Source: Lenisia limosa | Taxonomy: Eukaryota; Protista; Breviatea | Direction of reading: 5' to 3' | Length of the DNA stretch: 41,325 nt | Assembly (NCBI GenBank): GCA_001655205.1 | Contig: LPNZ01010670.1 | Location: 1 to 41,325 of the forward strand | In this document: piece after piece, positions 23,491-34,741 of the stretch | How positions within the stretch are numbered: the first letter of the stretch is position 1 | Layout of the letters: every line of letters starts with the position of its first letter | Notes under the pieces: model-generated | What the model was told of the DNA's origin: nothing | What the model saw: only the letters and a program-made list of their open reading frames with translations | Database searches by the model: none | Program-made: the position numbers and the translations under genes

Positions 23491-26400
23491 TCATATGCCG
23501 AATTCATCATGATCAAACCTTCGGCTAGCGTTTCGCGATAAATTATCGCATTCTGGCGACATGTTTATTTCATTGTCATCAGGAATGTGCTCCACTGCCT
23601 GTTCGTTGATAGTGACCTCACGCCTTTCGCTCGGACAAGGGCTACTGGTTTCCACCCTGTGGTAGGAAATGATAATGACAGAAAGCAATTGGTCTGTTTT
23701 TCAGTTTCAGTCCAAAAGTGGTGTAATAGAAAACACCACCAACCTCTCGTCAGTCTCTGGCAAAACTGGCACATTGGTAGTAGACTGCGACCGGGGAGGC
23801 GAAGGTCTCCCCGTTTCACCCCACTTCTGCACAAAACCGCTGTCACCAATTTCTGTTGGAGGCGCTGTGAAGAGAAGACCCGCCTGAATCGTGAATAAAC
23901 GTTCATAGGTAGTAGGCAATACTGGTCCCTACCTGATGGTGTCTCTTTGGCCGTGAGTTAACAGGAAGAATTACAGTTGGTTCTTTTGCGGCCTTTGGAG
24001 GCTTCGTGAGGTCTCTAACGTACCAAACTCTGACAGGTAAGGAATCAACAGGATAAAAATTCAGAGAACTTGTTCCTTAAGACTCACCCAAGAATGGTCA
24101 GGATAAAGAACAGTGCAGAGATCCAGGCAGTGACCGTCCAAAAGTCCGACCAAATGCTAGCAGGAGGAAGGTCCGTGTTCATGCACCACAGGCTGAGCAA
24201 TCAATACCAAAACTAAGTTGTCCGAGGGATAAATAAGCTCAACCAGAGGCAAACAAACCATGCAACGAAGATAGCAATATCAGTGGTCAGAATGAGCATC
24301 AACACGTAGAGCTCCCAAGTCAAAAGGCGGTTACGCGAACTGAACTTGTGACTTGCAATAAAAAGGGCTTCACCTAACACCAAGCTGTCCTAGATCACAT
24401 TCATTTTAAGGAAAAAGTGACACTATTCAAAAATATACAAAAATATATCACAGCTTCTGAGAGTACTGGAGTCAACATAGCCATCAAACCTATCAAGTGA
24501 TGCGTTGACCAGGATATCAAGAGCCTCCATTTCACCCACAACTTGCTTCATATTATTGAGAACAATCTCAATCTAAAGAGATCAAAATTCGCGAGCAAAC
24601 CAATCTCTAGTCCAGTGATTTACTCCGTCAATAATAAGATGCCAAAACCACCCACCGCATTGCAGTAGGTTTCCAACAGCTCCTCAAAAGCTTCTTCGTC
24701 ACCTTCCAAAACGGAGGTCGGTACAATGGACTGTGAACGTTGTGACGCTCCACATCTACTGAGTCAGCTGGTCCTGGAATTGTAACCTGTGCTTCACTCC
24801 AACCCTTGTTGAGCTGCGCGATTCGACGATAAACAAAGGTACTGGATCTCTTGTGGTTCATCCAAATAGCCATCCAGCATCTCGGTCAGCTCCTCGGTGA
24901 CTGCCGTGAAGGCTGTGATCCTGGGTTGTTAATTGTGCTTAATTCCTTTGTTTTAATACGATCCTATCAAGGCTCCCCTCAGAAAACGCTATGAGAAAGC
25001 ACAAATATGGTCCCCTTTCCAATCACTAACCTTGAACGACTTTCGTAGAGGTCTTGAAGGAGGGAATCAGACACCCGATTTTTTATCTGTGGAATTTAAA
25101 AATATAGAGTATTCACTCTTGATTATTGACAATCATAAGGCATCAATCACTCCATACTTTAATGTCATTCGATACTATATACTTTTGCTTGAGTCTATCA
25201 AAACTATCAGAACATTAATCTGTTCCCACACAGATTCAGTTCGCATACCTTATCAAGGTTCCTCCGAGCCTGACTTGCAAGAGTCTCGGACTCCCCCATG
25301 AGCATTGTCGTCTGGGGGGTTAGTGCAATTGATTTTTATTATTTTTAGTCAAAATAAGTATAAATATTATCCGCGGTACAATTTACCTAAAATTGTCTCC
25401 CCAGAAGGAGGTAGTTCAAAATAAAAATAATTGAGCACTTAAAATTTCAACTTTTTTTTTAGTCAAGGAATAAAAATCAATCGCCCACTTGGACTCTGTT
25501 TATCAATGCCCAATCTGCTGCCCTGTACCCCTCTTTCGCAATTCCGTTCGTTATCAGCAGCAATGCGTTCCAGTTTGAAATACCAGGTTTTAAAAACGTT
25601 TTATAATTATTGTTTCAACATTCAGAGAACCTTTTTCCAAAGTTTGTATCACTATTCATTTATCGAGAGACCTACCAAGAACTCAAGAATAGTGTCGACA
25701 GCAACGATCTCAAAGGGATACCCGATGCTTTCGGGGGCAACCTGCGGTGGTTATGGGCAATAATATTCAAAAAAAAATAGAAGAACCCCTGTGTCAACAA
25801 AGAGCATCCGAAGCGAAGCATCATCAGCAAGACCAGTAAAAACCAGTTTACAATCAACTATAGCTTGTTGTATTGATGGCAGTATTTGCCATATTACTTG
25901 GTTTTACTCTGATACCAAGGTTCCAAAAGATTAGAAAACTAGTATCTGAATACCTGTCTCTTCCGAAGGTCTTCTGTGCACATTTTTGTTGCTTTCAGCA
26001 AGTCTGCTCGACTGGGAGGGAAGAAGAAAAACACAGACTTGTGGCAGATCACTGCTTTGATATGCTGTTTCGTTAAAAAGCACTTGTTGTATCATACACC
26101 ATTGCATGTTATCATATTAAAAAAGGCTCAACCCAAACGCCCTCATACAGGCACCACCAAAACAATGCAGTTTGTTCGTGAGAGCATTGCAGACACCTCA
26201 CGACCGGGAACTGACTAAAATAGTTATGGCTGGTTTCGTTTGGTGGGCCAGGATGGTCTGACAATGAAATTGTTAATAACAGTCCCTTCCGGACCTCAAG
26301 ATATCGAAGGTCTCGTGGATGGATGCCAAATCGTGCACAAGCCCCTTTCTTCGAAAATTCTGTGAAGTAATCAGAGGAGATTTTCATGGTGAAAGCTCTC

Positions 26401-26594
26401 NNNNNNNNNNNNNNNNNNNNNNNNNNNNNNNNNNNNNNNNNNNNNNNNNNNNNNNNNNNNNNNNNNNNNNNNNNNNNNNNNNNNNNNNNNNNNNNNNNNN
26501 NNNNNNNNNNNNNNNNNNNNNNNNNNNNNNNNNNNNTACCCTTTGTCTTTTGAATTCCATCTTCTGTCAACTCAATGCAATGATACACTCGCAT
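23491..26594 (-). CDS. MRS2: MRS2/CorA-family divalent cation (Mg2+) transporter with a CMN variant of the GMN signature
   Basis: Exons KKGACARFGIHPRDLRYLE, HIKAVICHKSVFFF, GYPFEIVAVDTILEFL, TEELTEMLDGYLDEPQEI, EEAFEELLETYCNA, SRNRLLTWELYVLMLILTTDIAIFVA, and CLWCMNTDLP...FWTVTAWISALFFILTIL (two TM helices) follow the MRS2 order. C-terminal tail ends DEFGI* (TGA). One gap near the 5' end. Confidence 0.8.
25322..25489. mobile_element. Degenerate inverted-repeat (old MITE-like) element in an MRS2 intron
   Basis: Left agtgcaattgatttttatt versus right aataaaaatcaatcgcccact (reverse complement agtgggcgattgatttttatt): 13-bp exact core with matching AGTG/CACT ends. No clear target-site duplication. 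Confidence 0.35.
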
Positions 26595-27082
26595 CTAAAA
26601 TGGGCAATGATACCAAATGTTGTAAAGGGCAATGGGAAAAGGGCCTGTAAAAAGTATGATGGAATTTCTTCTCCTTCTAATAAAGATATGTTACGAAATT
26701 GCTACTCAAACATACAATACGCTTATGAGAAATGCATACCATGATAGACCCCCCCCCCCCCCNNNNNNNNNNNNNNNNNNNNNNNNNNNNNNNNNNNNNN
26801 NNNNNNNNNNNNNNNNNNNNNNNNNNNNNNNNNNNNNNNNNNNNNNNNNNNNNNNNNNNNNNNNNNNNNNNNNNNNNNNNNNNNNNNNNNNNNNNNNNNN
26901 NNNNNNNNNNNNNNNNNNNNNNNNNNNNNNNNNNNNNNNNNNNNNNNNNNNNNNNNNNNNNNNNNNATCAGCAAGGCGACTTCACCTCCTCAATGTATCA
27001 ATAATATAATATGAAAATGGGACATATTTGAAGAGGTCCATAGCGAGGGAGAGAGACATGACAACTTTGAAACGTGGGAGAG

Positions 27083-27154
27083 ATAAACGTATGGATACTT
27101 ATAACACTGCTAAGGTTATAAACGTATGGTTACTTATACTGCTAAGGTTATAAA
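27083..27154. repeat. Two-copy tandem duplication (35 + 32 bp, ataaacgtatgg[a/t]tacttat...ctgctaaggtt)
   Basis: Direct inspection; copies start at 27083 and 27118. Confidence 0.85.
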
Positions 27155-27189
27155 TATAAACAAGTTTATTAGAACACTGAGCACTACAC

Positions 27190-30100
27190 ACGATTACCTG
27201 GTGGGGAGAATGACATTGGCCACTAGATCAGTCAAAGAGGGGCAGAGATCACCTCATCATCTATATGGCGTCTGGGTGGCACTGGGAGCAAATACAAAGA
27301 CTCTGTGACAGTGTGGTTTTATGGTGGTGAGTGAAAAGGGTGAGTAGGTACGAGGTGGGTACTTGATTGTATTCTGATAGTATGGTAGCTATTGTGCTGG
27401 TTGGCTGAGAAATGATAGACAACAAGTTCACAAGTTTACTGCAAGTTTAAGATTTGGAGAAATCTGGGCTGAATTCTGGGGGAAAACAAAAAGAATTTTT
27501 AGGTTTTTTTTCAAAAAAAAAAAAATACAATCCTTTTTTTCTGTTGGGGTAAGTCTCTTGCTCTTCATGTAATCATCAAAAAGACAACATTTGCGCATCC
27601 ATACCCCCATGATTGAGCCTGAGATTCAGTAGTGATGTTAACAGTTGAATCAAAAAGTATATATTAACAACGTTACAAGAAACTTAAAAACACTTGGGCT
27701 CAGAATTATGAATCGGCGTCCTGTACCAGACAGTGAAATCACCCGGGTAACGTTCGTCATAGATAATGTTGTCAGCCAGGGTGTCGATAACCTACTTGGG
27801 TTAGAGTAGCCCATATATCATCACGAAAAGACAGCTGAGACGGCTCAAAGGACACCTCTGATAACATTTTCTGCAAATACACTCACTCTATGACGAGCGT
27901 GAATAGTGGAAAAAAGTTGCAGAGAACTCCTCCCCCACACTGCTACACTCACCTCATCATGGCCGATTCCCATCCCTCCAATATCTGCAGCTTGGCTCGG
28001 AGTGAGTCCCTTGTTGAATACTCGAACCTGGGGGGGGGGGGGGTAAACCNNNNNNNNNNNNNNNNNNNNNNNNNNNNNNNNNNNNNNNNNNNNNNNNNNN
28101 NNNNNNNNNNNNNNNNNNNNNNNNNNNNNNNNNNNNNNNNNNNNNNNNNNNNNNNNNNNNNNNNNNNNNNNNNNNNNNNNNNNNNNNNNNNNNNNNNNNN
28201 AGACGAGTCAGAACCCACATATGATACTGTATCGAGTTTCTCCAATAAACGGGCACCATAAGCAGTAGAAACAGGTGTGGTACCGTGGGTTCCAGGAGTA
28301 AATCTCTGGAAGGTGTGATATTATGAAAATCATGGCAGTGCTTTCTTGATGATTATCAGACATTACTAAATTCGAAAATGATACTTACAAGGATATCGTC
28401 CGCAATGCCGCATGAAGCCGTACAAGGGGACCCCGCGAAGACACCATTTACATAAACATCAACCCGGTCTTCACCTGTAGTGTCATTTCAGAGAAAAGCA
28501 GTACACAAACCCATCTTCAGACCAGTTTACAACAATACCCCATGCGTACCCTCAGGATGTTTCACTAAAACATGTGTCCAGGTATCACGTGCTTGAAAGT
28601 GAGTACTGTATTGTGGAAACAAAATATAACCCTGACATACGAAGGGCCTGGACAAGTTTTATTCTCATGGTGTTTTGAATACCGGATCTCAGTCGAGTCT
28701 CAGTACTAAAGAAGTCAGGAGCCAACCATCATATGGAGGAGTTAATTCAAAACAATTGTGTACCATAAGGCCCACAAAATAAAGGAGAAAGGGATACGAT
28801 TCAGTCAAGCCCATGAATGCAATTGCAATGCGGTATCCAGTGTGCCCCAAGGTGTCGCTGTACAAGAAGGTCTGCCTGGTTAGACTGTCGGGAAAAAGAC
28901 TTGAAGAAAATAGGACTGACTTAAACAAAACAACAAAAATAGANNNNNNNNNNNNNNNNNNNNNNNNNNNNNNNNNNNNNNNNNNNNNNNNNNNNNNNNN
29001 NNNNNNNNNNNNNNNNNNNNNNNNNNNNNNNNNNNNNNNNNCCCTGCGGCAGAGGAGGCAAAAGGAAAAGGAGCTGCCATCCCCAGCTGTCCTGAGTAAC
29101 CTCCAATGATCCCTCCCTGCATAATGAAACGCATATGATATGGGATTTCAAGCAATAACCATCAGCACCATCATATAATATTCATAAAAGGGATCAGCTT
29201 GGCCAAAAAACACGCCAAAAATATGATAATAGCCAAGGATAAGATAAGTTTCACTTTTCAGAAAATAATATCATCATAATAAAATATAATATACGATACT
29301 AAATGTGATTCACCAATTAGGTGAGTAAGTGGAGAGGAGACGCTTCGCTCAACACCACATCTTGGTGACCCTGAAGTGCGCTTACATGCCTGAAGTTGTA
29401 ACACAAATAAAAAGATCTTACTCAAGGTAATTGGATGAAAAACAGAAATATCTTATGGTATTAAGATGCTCATAAGTAATTGAACAGGTGACTGGAATCT
29501 ACGTTAAAAGAATAGAATGAGGGTTAATCTGAATGTATCAGAGTGTTAATCATCATATAGTTATCATATCACTTTTGGTTCAGTTTCTACAAATGTATCT
29601 TAACATATCTGACAAAATAAAAACAGCACATCTATCATTATATAGTATATGATTATGATTTATTGGACATTTATACTTCCAAGACCTACAATTACAACAA
29701 AAACGCAGTTTTCAAGAGGGAAGGGAACATCAATACTGTCGGCTGAAGCTTTGAGCTTTCTTTTTTTTTTAATATTCAAAATAGATCCCTGAAGAACCCA
29801 CTCACTGTAAACTGGCAACGAAGGTTACCCAAACCCTAACATGTCGTCCACCAGTAACACCATCAAGCTCAATCACTGTTTCTCTGGAAGGGCCTCGAAT
29901 GCTCTTCACCTGAAAATGTCACAAAAGCCCCAACGGGTCAAAATGCAATGGAAAAGAATTAAACCAAAACATAGTGACACACTGTTTTATATGTATGCCT
30001 TCCTAATAAGCAGAAATACTTATTCGTGTTATACATCTTATATTATATCATATATGTCTGTAATGAGTCATAGTCTGACCAACACTTAAAAAGTCATCAG

Positions 30101-30190
30101 CCGTTCTCCCTAGCGCTGTGATATCAACTTTGAAGTGGAACCGTCCGCTCAAAGTCATACGAATAGCGTCCAATGAACCTAAACACCAAC
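27190..30190 (-). CDS. Multi-exon hypothetical protein with a possible LamG/concanavalin-like segment
   Basis: Splice-bounded exons such as DTWTHVLVKHPE|GEDRVDVYVNGVFAGSPC (W-x-H-V...YVNG pattern, ~28410-28600), VIDTLADNIIYDERYPGDF and VIELDGVTGGRHVRVWV. Whether they form one gene, and where it ends, is uncertain; two gaps inside. Confidence 0.35.
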
Positions 30191-30900
30191 CCAATAAGAA
30201 CAGCAAAAAAAAAACTATAATCATTGCAAGTGGGCAGTGCTATGGAGTGAAATCCTTGTCATCGTTCACTCTCAAATAACTTAAAATGCAAAGGTTATGA
30301 TGAGAGAAGCACCAAAGAAAACAGACTTACCAGTGGAAGTACTGTCAACGTATCTCTAAAACAAAAAATCAATACGAGATATCATCTGCCACATCTTTGA
30401 ATCTTTAATGCTGCTTCTATCTGGCTTCTAACTTCCTACGCAAACCAGTATATTGTGGCCTCTTCCATTCAACAGACAGACGTGATGAATAATTGCATTT
30501 TTCGCATTGTATGCGGACCGGGATCACTGTATTGCAAACTTTGCCATGATGGGCGCTCTTTTTTGCTATTCAGGTTCTCAGGTTCAACTCAGGTTTTGCT
30601 GTTTAACATTTTAATTTATTTTTGGTGAGTTTTTTTAACTCAGTTTAAAAATAACAATGTCATCAGCCTCTACGTCACTTAAACTGACTGCGGTGGAGTA
30701 CTCTTCCCACTGCCTGAGGTTGTCACAAAGGTCGCAAAAGAGTTTCTAAGTGGGTTCAGCTTGTAAGGTGGCAGGAGATTTGTCTTTGTGAGTCTCCTCC
30801 GATTTGGCATGATTCCAGGCGGTTTCCTCCTCTCATCTAGGAAGCAGTATTTACGCCTCCAAGCCCTAGCTCCCATCTGGATTACTTATATATCCCCTAG

Positions 30901-32842
30901 CCTGGTTTCATTTCCCTCCCCTATCCCAACCGTATTCAACAAAATGATGAAACTGTTGACCTCCACTGTCATTCCCCTCAGCCATTGAAGCCTTCATCCC
31001 CTTCCCCCAAGCTGGAGTGCGAAATGGGTTCTGAAGAATGCGCAGCGGTGGCTCCCGATACCACAGTGGGTTGAGAATGAGCTGGTACCACGGTGGGTTG
31101 AGAATGAGCTGATTTCGTGATAAAGGTGAGCTACTGATGAGGGAGGGGATAAGGAGGAGGCTGAGAATATCGGGTGAATGATAACTTCCAGACTTGTGGT
31201 AGTTTTGACTTTCAGACTTGCGGTAGTTTTGACCCAGTGGCTAAGAAGGAGTGTGGCAACCCTGTCAAAGCAAGAGGAAGATGCGTCAGCCACAAAAAGG
31301 GTGGGTGGGGGGATAGTTTATAGATTGTGCCTTCGGTGACATAACTACATGTATAGCTATATCCTCGAAAAAGATCGAAAGTTTCAACCATTCACCTTTA
31401 GAATACGATTGCGGTGTGAAGACCACTGAAGGCTTCTGCACCATGCCAGTGTTCCAGAATGAACGGTGCAAATTTCACATGGGTTGGTTCTTTGTATATA
31501 GGGCTCCGGGCAATTAATTGGAAAATTAATTGCAAAATTTGAAGTGAGACATACTGTCATGTTAACTCAATTTCTGACACTTTTATTTCAAATTTTGTCA
31601 ATAAATTTCTTCAAAAAATTAATGGCACGGAGCCCTGCTCTATAACACATGTATCAATATGTACTATATCCTTACATTCTCTTTCACATTTCAGACCTGA
31701 TTGATCAGTTAACTCTCGATATTCACGCTGAATCTATGAAGCAGAAAATGTGGGAGAAAAACAAACCAGATTCATTATGTCTTCTTAACCGAACACCAAA
31801 TCCAATCTTTTGTGCGAAATCAATCCTTGTACTCTGAAGTTTGATTTTGGATTAGCTCTCTGCTTTAATAACTACTATCTTCAGTAGGATTAATGCCATA
31901 GGAATGAAATGGCTGAGAAGTTTAGCTCTGTGTGCTCTAAACTCGAAGCTTTGGAGGACTTTACCGGACACACAGATCTAGTAGGCTGACTGAAAGGGGG
32001 GGGGGGGGGNNNNNNNNNNNNNNNNNNNNNNNNNNNNNNNNNNNNNNNNNNNNNNNNNNNNNNNNNNNNNNNNTTTGACAAGACATATTTTTTTCCCGAC
32101 AATAAAACAGGCAATTCCATGTGACCGTTCAGATCCGCCATGTCGCTTGCACGCTATTTGCCCTCTACTACGTAAACCATCAAACCCAATCTGAGATCTT
32201 TGGGGCTGAAGAACAAATGGAAGTGGGAGGGGAGAAGGGGTGGGAGATTGGAGCATGTTTCACTTTTGGTCCAAAAAAAGACTCTTAGAATGGTAATAAT
32301 GCCCTGGTTGAGGAGCAAAACAGATAAAAGGATTTTTCAGATTAGCTGGGCAGGCTTGGTGAAGGTTGGCAGATCTAAGCAAACAGAGTGAACGAACTAA
32401 CAGTCTTGAAGATACAAAAATGGAAAGTACTAATAGTATACAATGACCCCATTTTAATTAAGAAAGAAGAGCGGATCAGACACCGCCAAGCTAACCTGAA
32501 TGGGTGTGCTGCCCATCTGCCATGGCCTTGGTCACTCCGAAGCCGGCCAGGAAGGCCTTAGACTTGACATCGGACTAAACCAGCTATGGAGCTTTCACTG
32601 AGAAGTTTTGCCTTTTCACATCACCTTTTCGTTGAGCTCCTCACAGTACGCAGGTTCGCTTAAGGTCATACCTTCAAATATTCAGTGAGCAACTCGACCT
32701 CAAGAGTATCGATAACCAAGTATGCTTTTTTCATGTGATTTTAGTTCCCCTGTTATTGTCTTCCTTCCTTATTCCAAAGGTTATTCTCCCCATTGAGAAG
32801 ACAACTGCCAAGAAAGTCAGCACCAAGAAAGTGTTTAAGTAG
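30901..32842 (+). CDS. Hypothetical protein with two C-x7/8-C-x8-C-x2-H putative zinc fingers (5' end upstream, not resolved)
   Basis: Phase-consistent exons ...EECAAVAPDTT|TCGSFDPVAKKECGNPVKARGRCVSHKK|EYDCGVKTTEGFCTMPVFQNERCKFHM|DLIDQLTLDIHAESMKQK. Last exon VILPIEKTTAKKVSTKKVFK* (TAG 32840-32842); linking it to the same gene across the gap is inferred. Confidence 0.55.
31059..31111 (+). repeat. Two-copy 27-bp tandem duplication spanning a 5' splice site
   Basis: taccaca|gtgggttgagaatgagctgg followed by taccacg|gtgggttgagaatgagctg; donors at 31066 and 31093. Confidence 0.9.
31187..31233 (+). repeat. Two-copy 24-bp tandem duplication spanning a 3' splice site
   Basis: tccag|acttgtggtagttttgact followed by ttcag|acttgcggtagttttgac; acceptor AGs end at 31191 and 31215, in frame with each other. 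Confidence 0.9.
31499..31637. mobile_element. MITE-like element (139 bp) with hAT-type termini, inside an intron
   Basis: Begins TAGGGCTCCGggcaattaatt...caaaatttgaa and ends ttcaaattttg...aattaatggcaCGGAGCCCTG: ~45-bp imperfect TIRs with TAGGG/CAGGG ends like Ac. The 8-bp flanks (tttgtata versus ctctataa) are not a clean TSD. Confidence 0.55.
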
Positions 32843-33124
32843 GGAGAAGGGGTTCAACTCAGTATGTTTTTTTTTTAAGATGGAGGTCAGATAAGACTTT
32901 TAAACACTCTCACTTTGACCTTCACATACCTGGAAAGCCAAAACCAGTCGTAAAGAAAACGGAAAAGAAGCACATCTTAGCTGATGTGATAAGTGCGAAC
33001 GAGAAATGTGGGCCTGGCCTTTTTTTATCATACCATAATATGATATAATAGTATAGTTGGCGCGGTCAGACACTACAACTTTGGATTTATTTCTACATAC
33101 TGTATACTGATTCGTTTGTTTAGG

Positions 33125-33800
33125 CCTTGATGTTTGGAAGTTGACCTTTTTGGCGGATTATTTCGACACTCATGAGGTAGGCTTTGGCGAGATTACAATG
33201 GGAACCGCTTATTATGGGATACATATCATATTCAGCTGTTTTGCTTGGTGTTTCCTTTATACCCCGGCAGGAGTATTTCGAAGTTGCGAAGGAACACATT
33301 CTCTACAACAGACAGGTTGGTTTTTCTGGCGCGTTGTATATGCTATTGGCAAGTTCTCACTTTGGTTCCCAAATAAAACATCTTATCCATAATCAATTTT
33401 TTGGAACTGAAGGAGACCCATATTTCTTGGCTGAGTATTCCATGCATAATGATCAACACAGAAACCATGCATCCCATCACCATAACAGGCACTAGCACAT
33501 ATCGGGAACAACAAGGCTCTGTACAGTCAGTTCTCCATCGAAAACGACCTTCTTCCTGTAGGCATCCTTTCCTTAGCTTTGGTACTGTCAACCCTTTTTT
33601 TGTTATTTATTTCTTATGCTACCATCTCAATCAACTACGTCAAGAATCTCTTCCTTTTAGGTGGCTCCAGTTCAACTCTTTGTTTAACATCCTCACTTTT
33701 TTTTTTCTTATTTTGTGCTATTATCTTGACGACTGTGTAGGAGCTGACCCCTGGAGTTAACTGGCTCCCAGAGCACCACCTTCACCTTTCAAATGACCTT
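33125..33800 (+). CDS. Hypothetical multi-exon protein
   Basis: Splice-bounded, phase-consistent pieces LDVWKLTFLADYFDTHE|EYFEVAKEHILYNRQ downstream of an AT-rich tract. No family recognised; ends uncertain. Confidence 0.3.
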
Positions 33801-33832
33801 GTAGGCTGTTGGGTGTTTTCGGAGGGGTTTTA

Positions 33833-34098
33833 CAGTAAAACCTATTGAAACTAGGGTTTTTTTTTTTTGCAGTAAAGTCTCAATTGAAACTAGGATCCAG
33901 CAGTTGCTACACAAAGAAACATCCACAGAAAACGACAGAAACAGGAGGACTGCATGAACACACTCAGATAAGTCGGTTAGCTAACTACTTGAGAAAACTA
34001 CTTGAATCACTAGGAACATACTGTTCCGGCGGTTAAACTGTACACAAAAACATCCACACAAAGGACAGAAGCAGGACTTCTTCACGAACACACTTAGA
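33833..34098. repeat. Two pairs of degenerate direct repeats upstream of the 5S gene
   Basis: cagtaaa...attgaaactagg at 33833 and 33870; tacacaaa(g)aaacatccaca...gacagaa.cagga...gaacacact.aga at 33908 and 34041. Confidence 0.65.
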
Positions 34099-34322
34099 GG
34101 GGGTTAAGACAAAATCGTTATTATTATTTTATTGTATTATAGTATTTGTTGTCTATTATTCAACTGATTGTTGAGAGTGAGTGGGCCGTTTTCTTTGGAT
34201 TTTGCAGCAAATACTCCTAAGGAGTCCTTCTCTTGTTTTTTGTGGTGCTTCGATCATAATTTCGCATTTTGAAAGAACAAAAAATGTCTTCTAAAAAACA
34301 TTCACTACAGTTGAAAGACAAG

Positions 34323-34370
34323 AAAATAGGAAAATAGGAAAATAGGAAAATAGGAAAATAGGAAAATAGG
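34323..34370 (+). repeat. Minisatellite (AAAATAGG)x6
   Basis: Six perfect 8-bp copies, about 90 bp upstream of the 5S gene. Confidence 0.95.
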
Positions 34371-34460
34371 GAGTTGTTGGCAGCGGTGGAAAACTCTGAG
34401 GAGGTAGTTTAAGACAGGATACTTGTGGCGACGGCAGGTATGACCAAATGAGAAACTTAG

Positions 34461-34578
34461 GCTACGGTCATACTCTGGGGGTCATCGCGCATCCCGTCCG
34501 CTCTGCGAACGCAAGCCCCAGCAGGCCTTGGTAGTACTGACGTCGGAGACGAGTCGGGAAGGCAGGGTACTGTAGTTT
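34461..34578 (+). rRNA. 5S ribosomal RNA gene, single copy in this window
   Basis: GCTACGGTCATACTCTGGGG...GCATCCCGTCCGCTCTGCGAACGCAAGCCCCAGCAGGCCTTGGTAGTACTGACGTCGGAGACGAGTCGGGAAGGCAGGGTACTGTAGTT, ~118 nt. Helix I (GCTACGG/CTGTAGT), helix II (CTGGGG/CCCCAG), loop C CATCCCGTCCG, AGTAC loop E and GGAGAC/GGGAA landmarks of eukaryotic 5S are present, followed by an oligo-T. Confidence 0.93.
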
Positions 34579-34584
34579 TTTTTT
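34576..34584 (+). terminator. RNA polymerase III terminator (T9) of the 5S gene
   Basis: A run of nine T residues directly follows the 3' strand of helix I. Confidence 0.85.
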
Positions 34585-34741
34585 CGTTTGTTTTTCTTTT
34601 TATTGTTACTCAATTTTTTCATAAAACACAATAGAATTTCTTTTCATATCCAATACTATCGCATCTAAAAGGGTTCGTTGTTCTTTTTCATTTCTCTAGA
34701 CCTCTCTTTAACCCGTTCAGAGGGTCCGCAGTTTCGTCGTC

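Noticed and set aside
32110-32220. SNAPC1-like reading of QIRHVACTLFALYYVNHQTQ
   Set aside because: Only a short motif resemblance, and the phase-linked upstream exons encode zinc fingers not found in SNAPC1.
34284-34440. (AAAATAGG)6 as a duplicated acceptor in an exon chain MSSKKHSLQ|ELLAAVENSEE
   Set aside because: The frame stops right after (gta gtt taa) and would need 10-14-nt introns to continue; kept only as a minisatellite.
34520-34570. Apparent exon AGLGSTDVGDESGRQ
   Set aside because: This sequence is the 3' half of the 5S rRNA gene.
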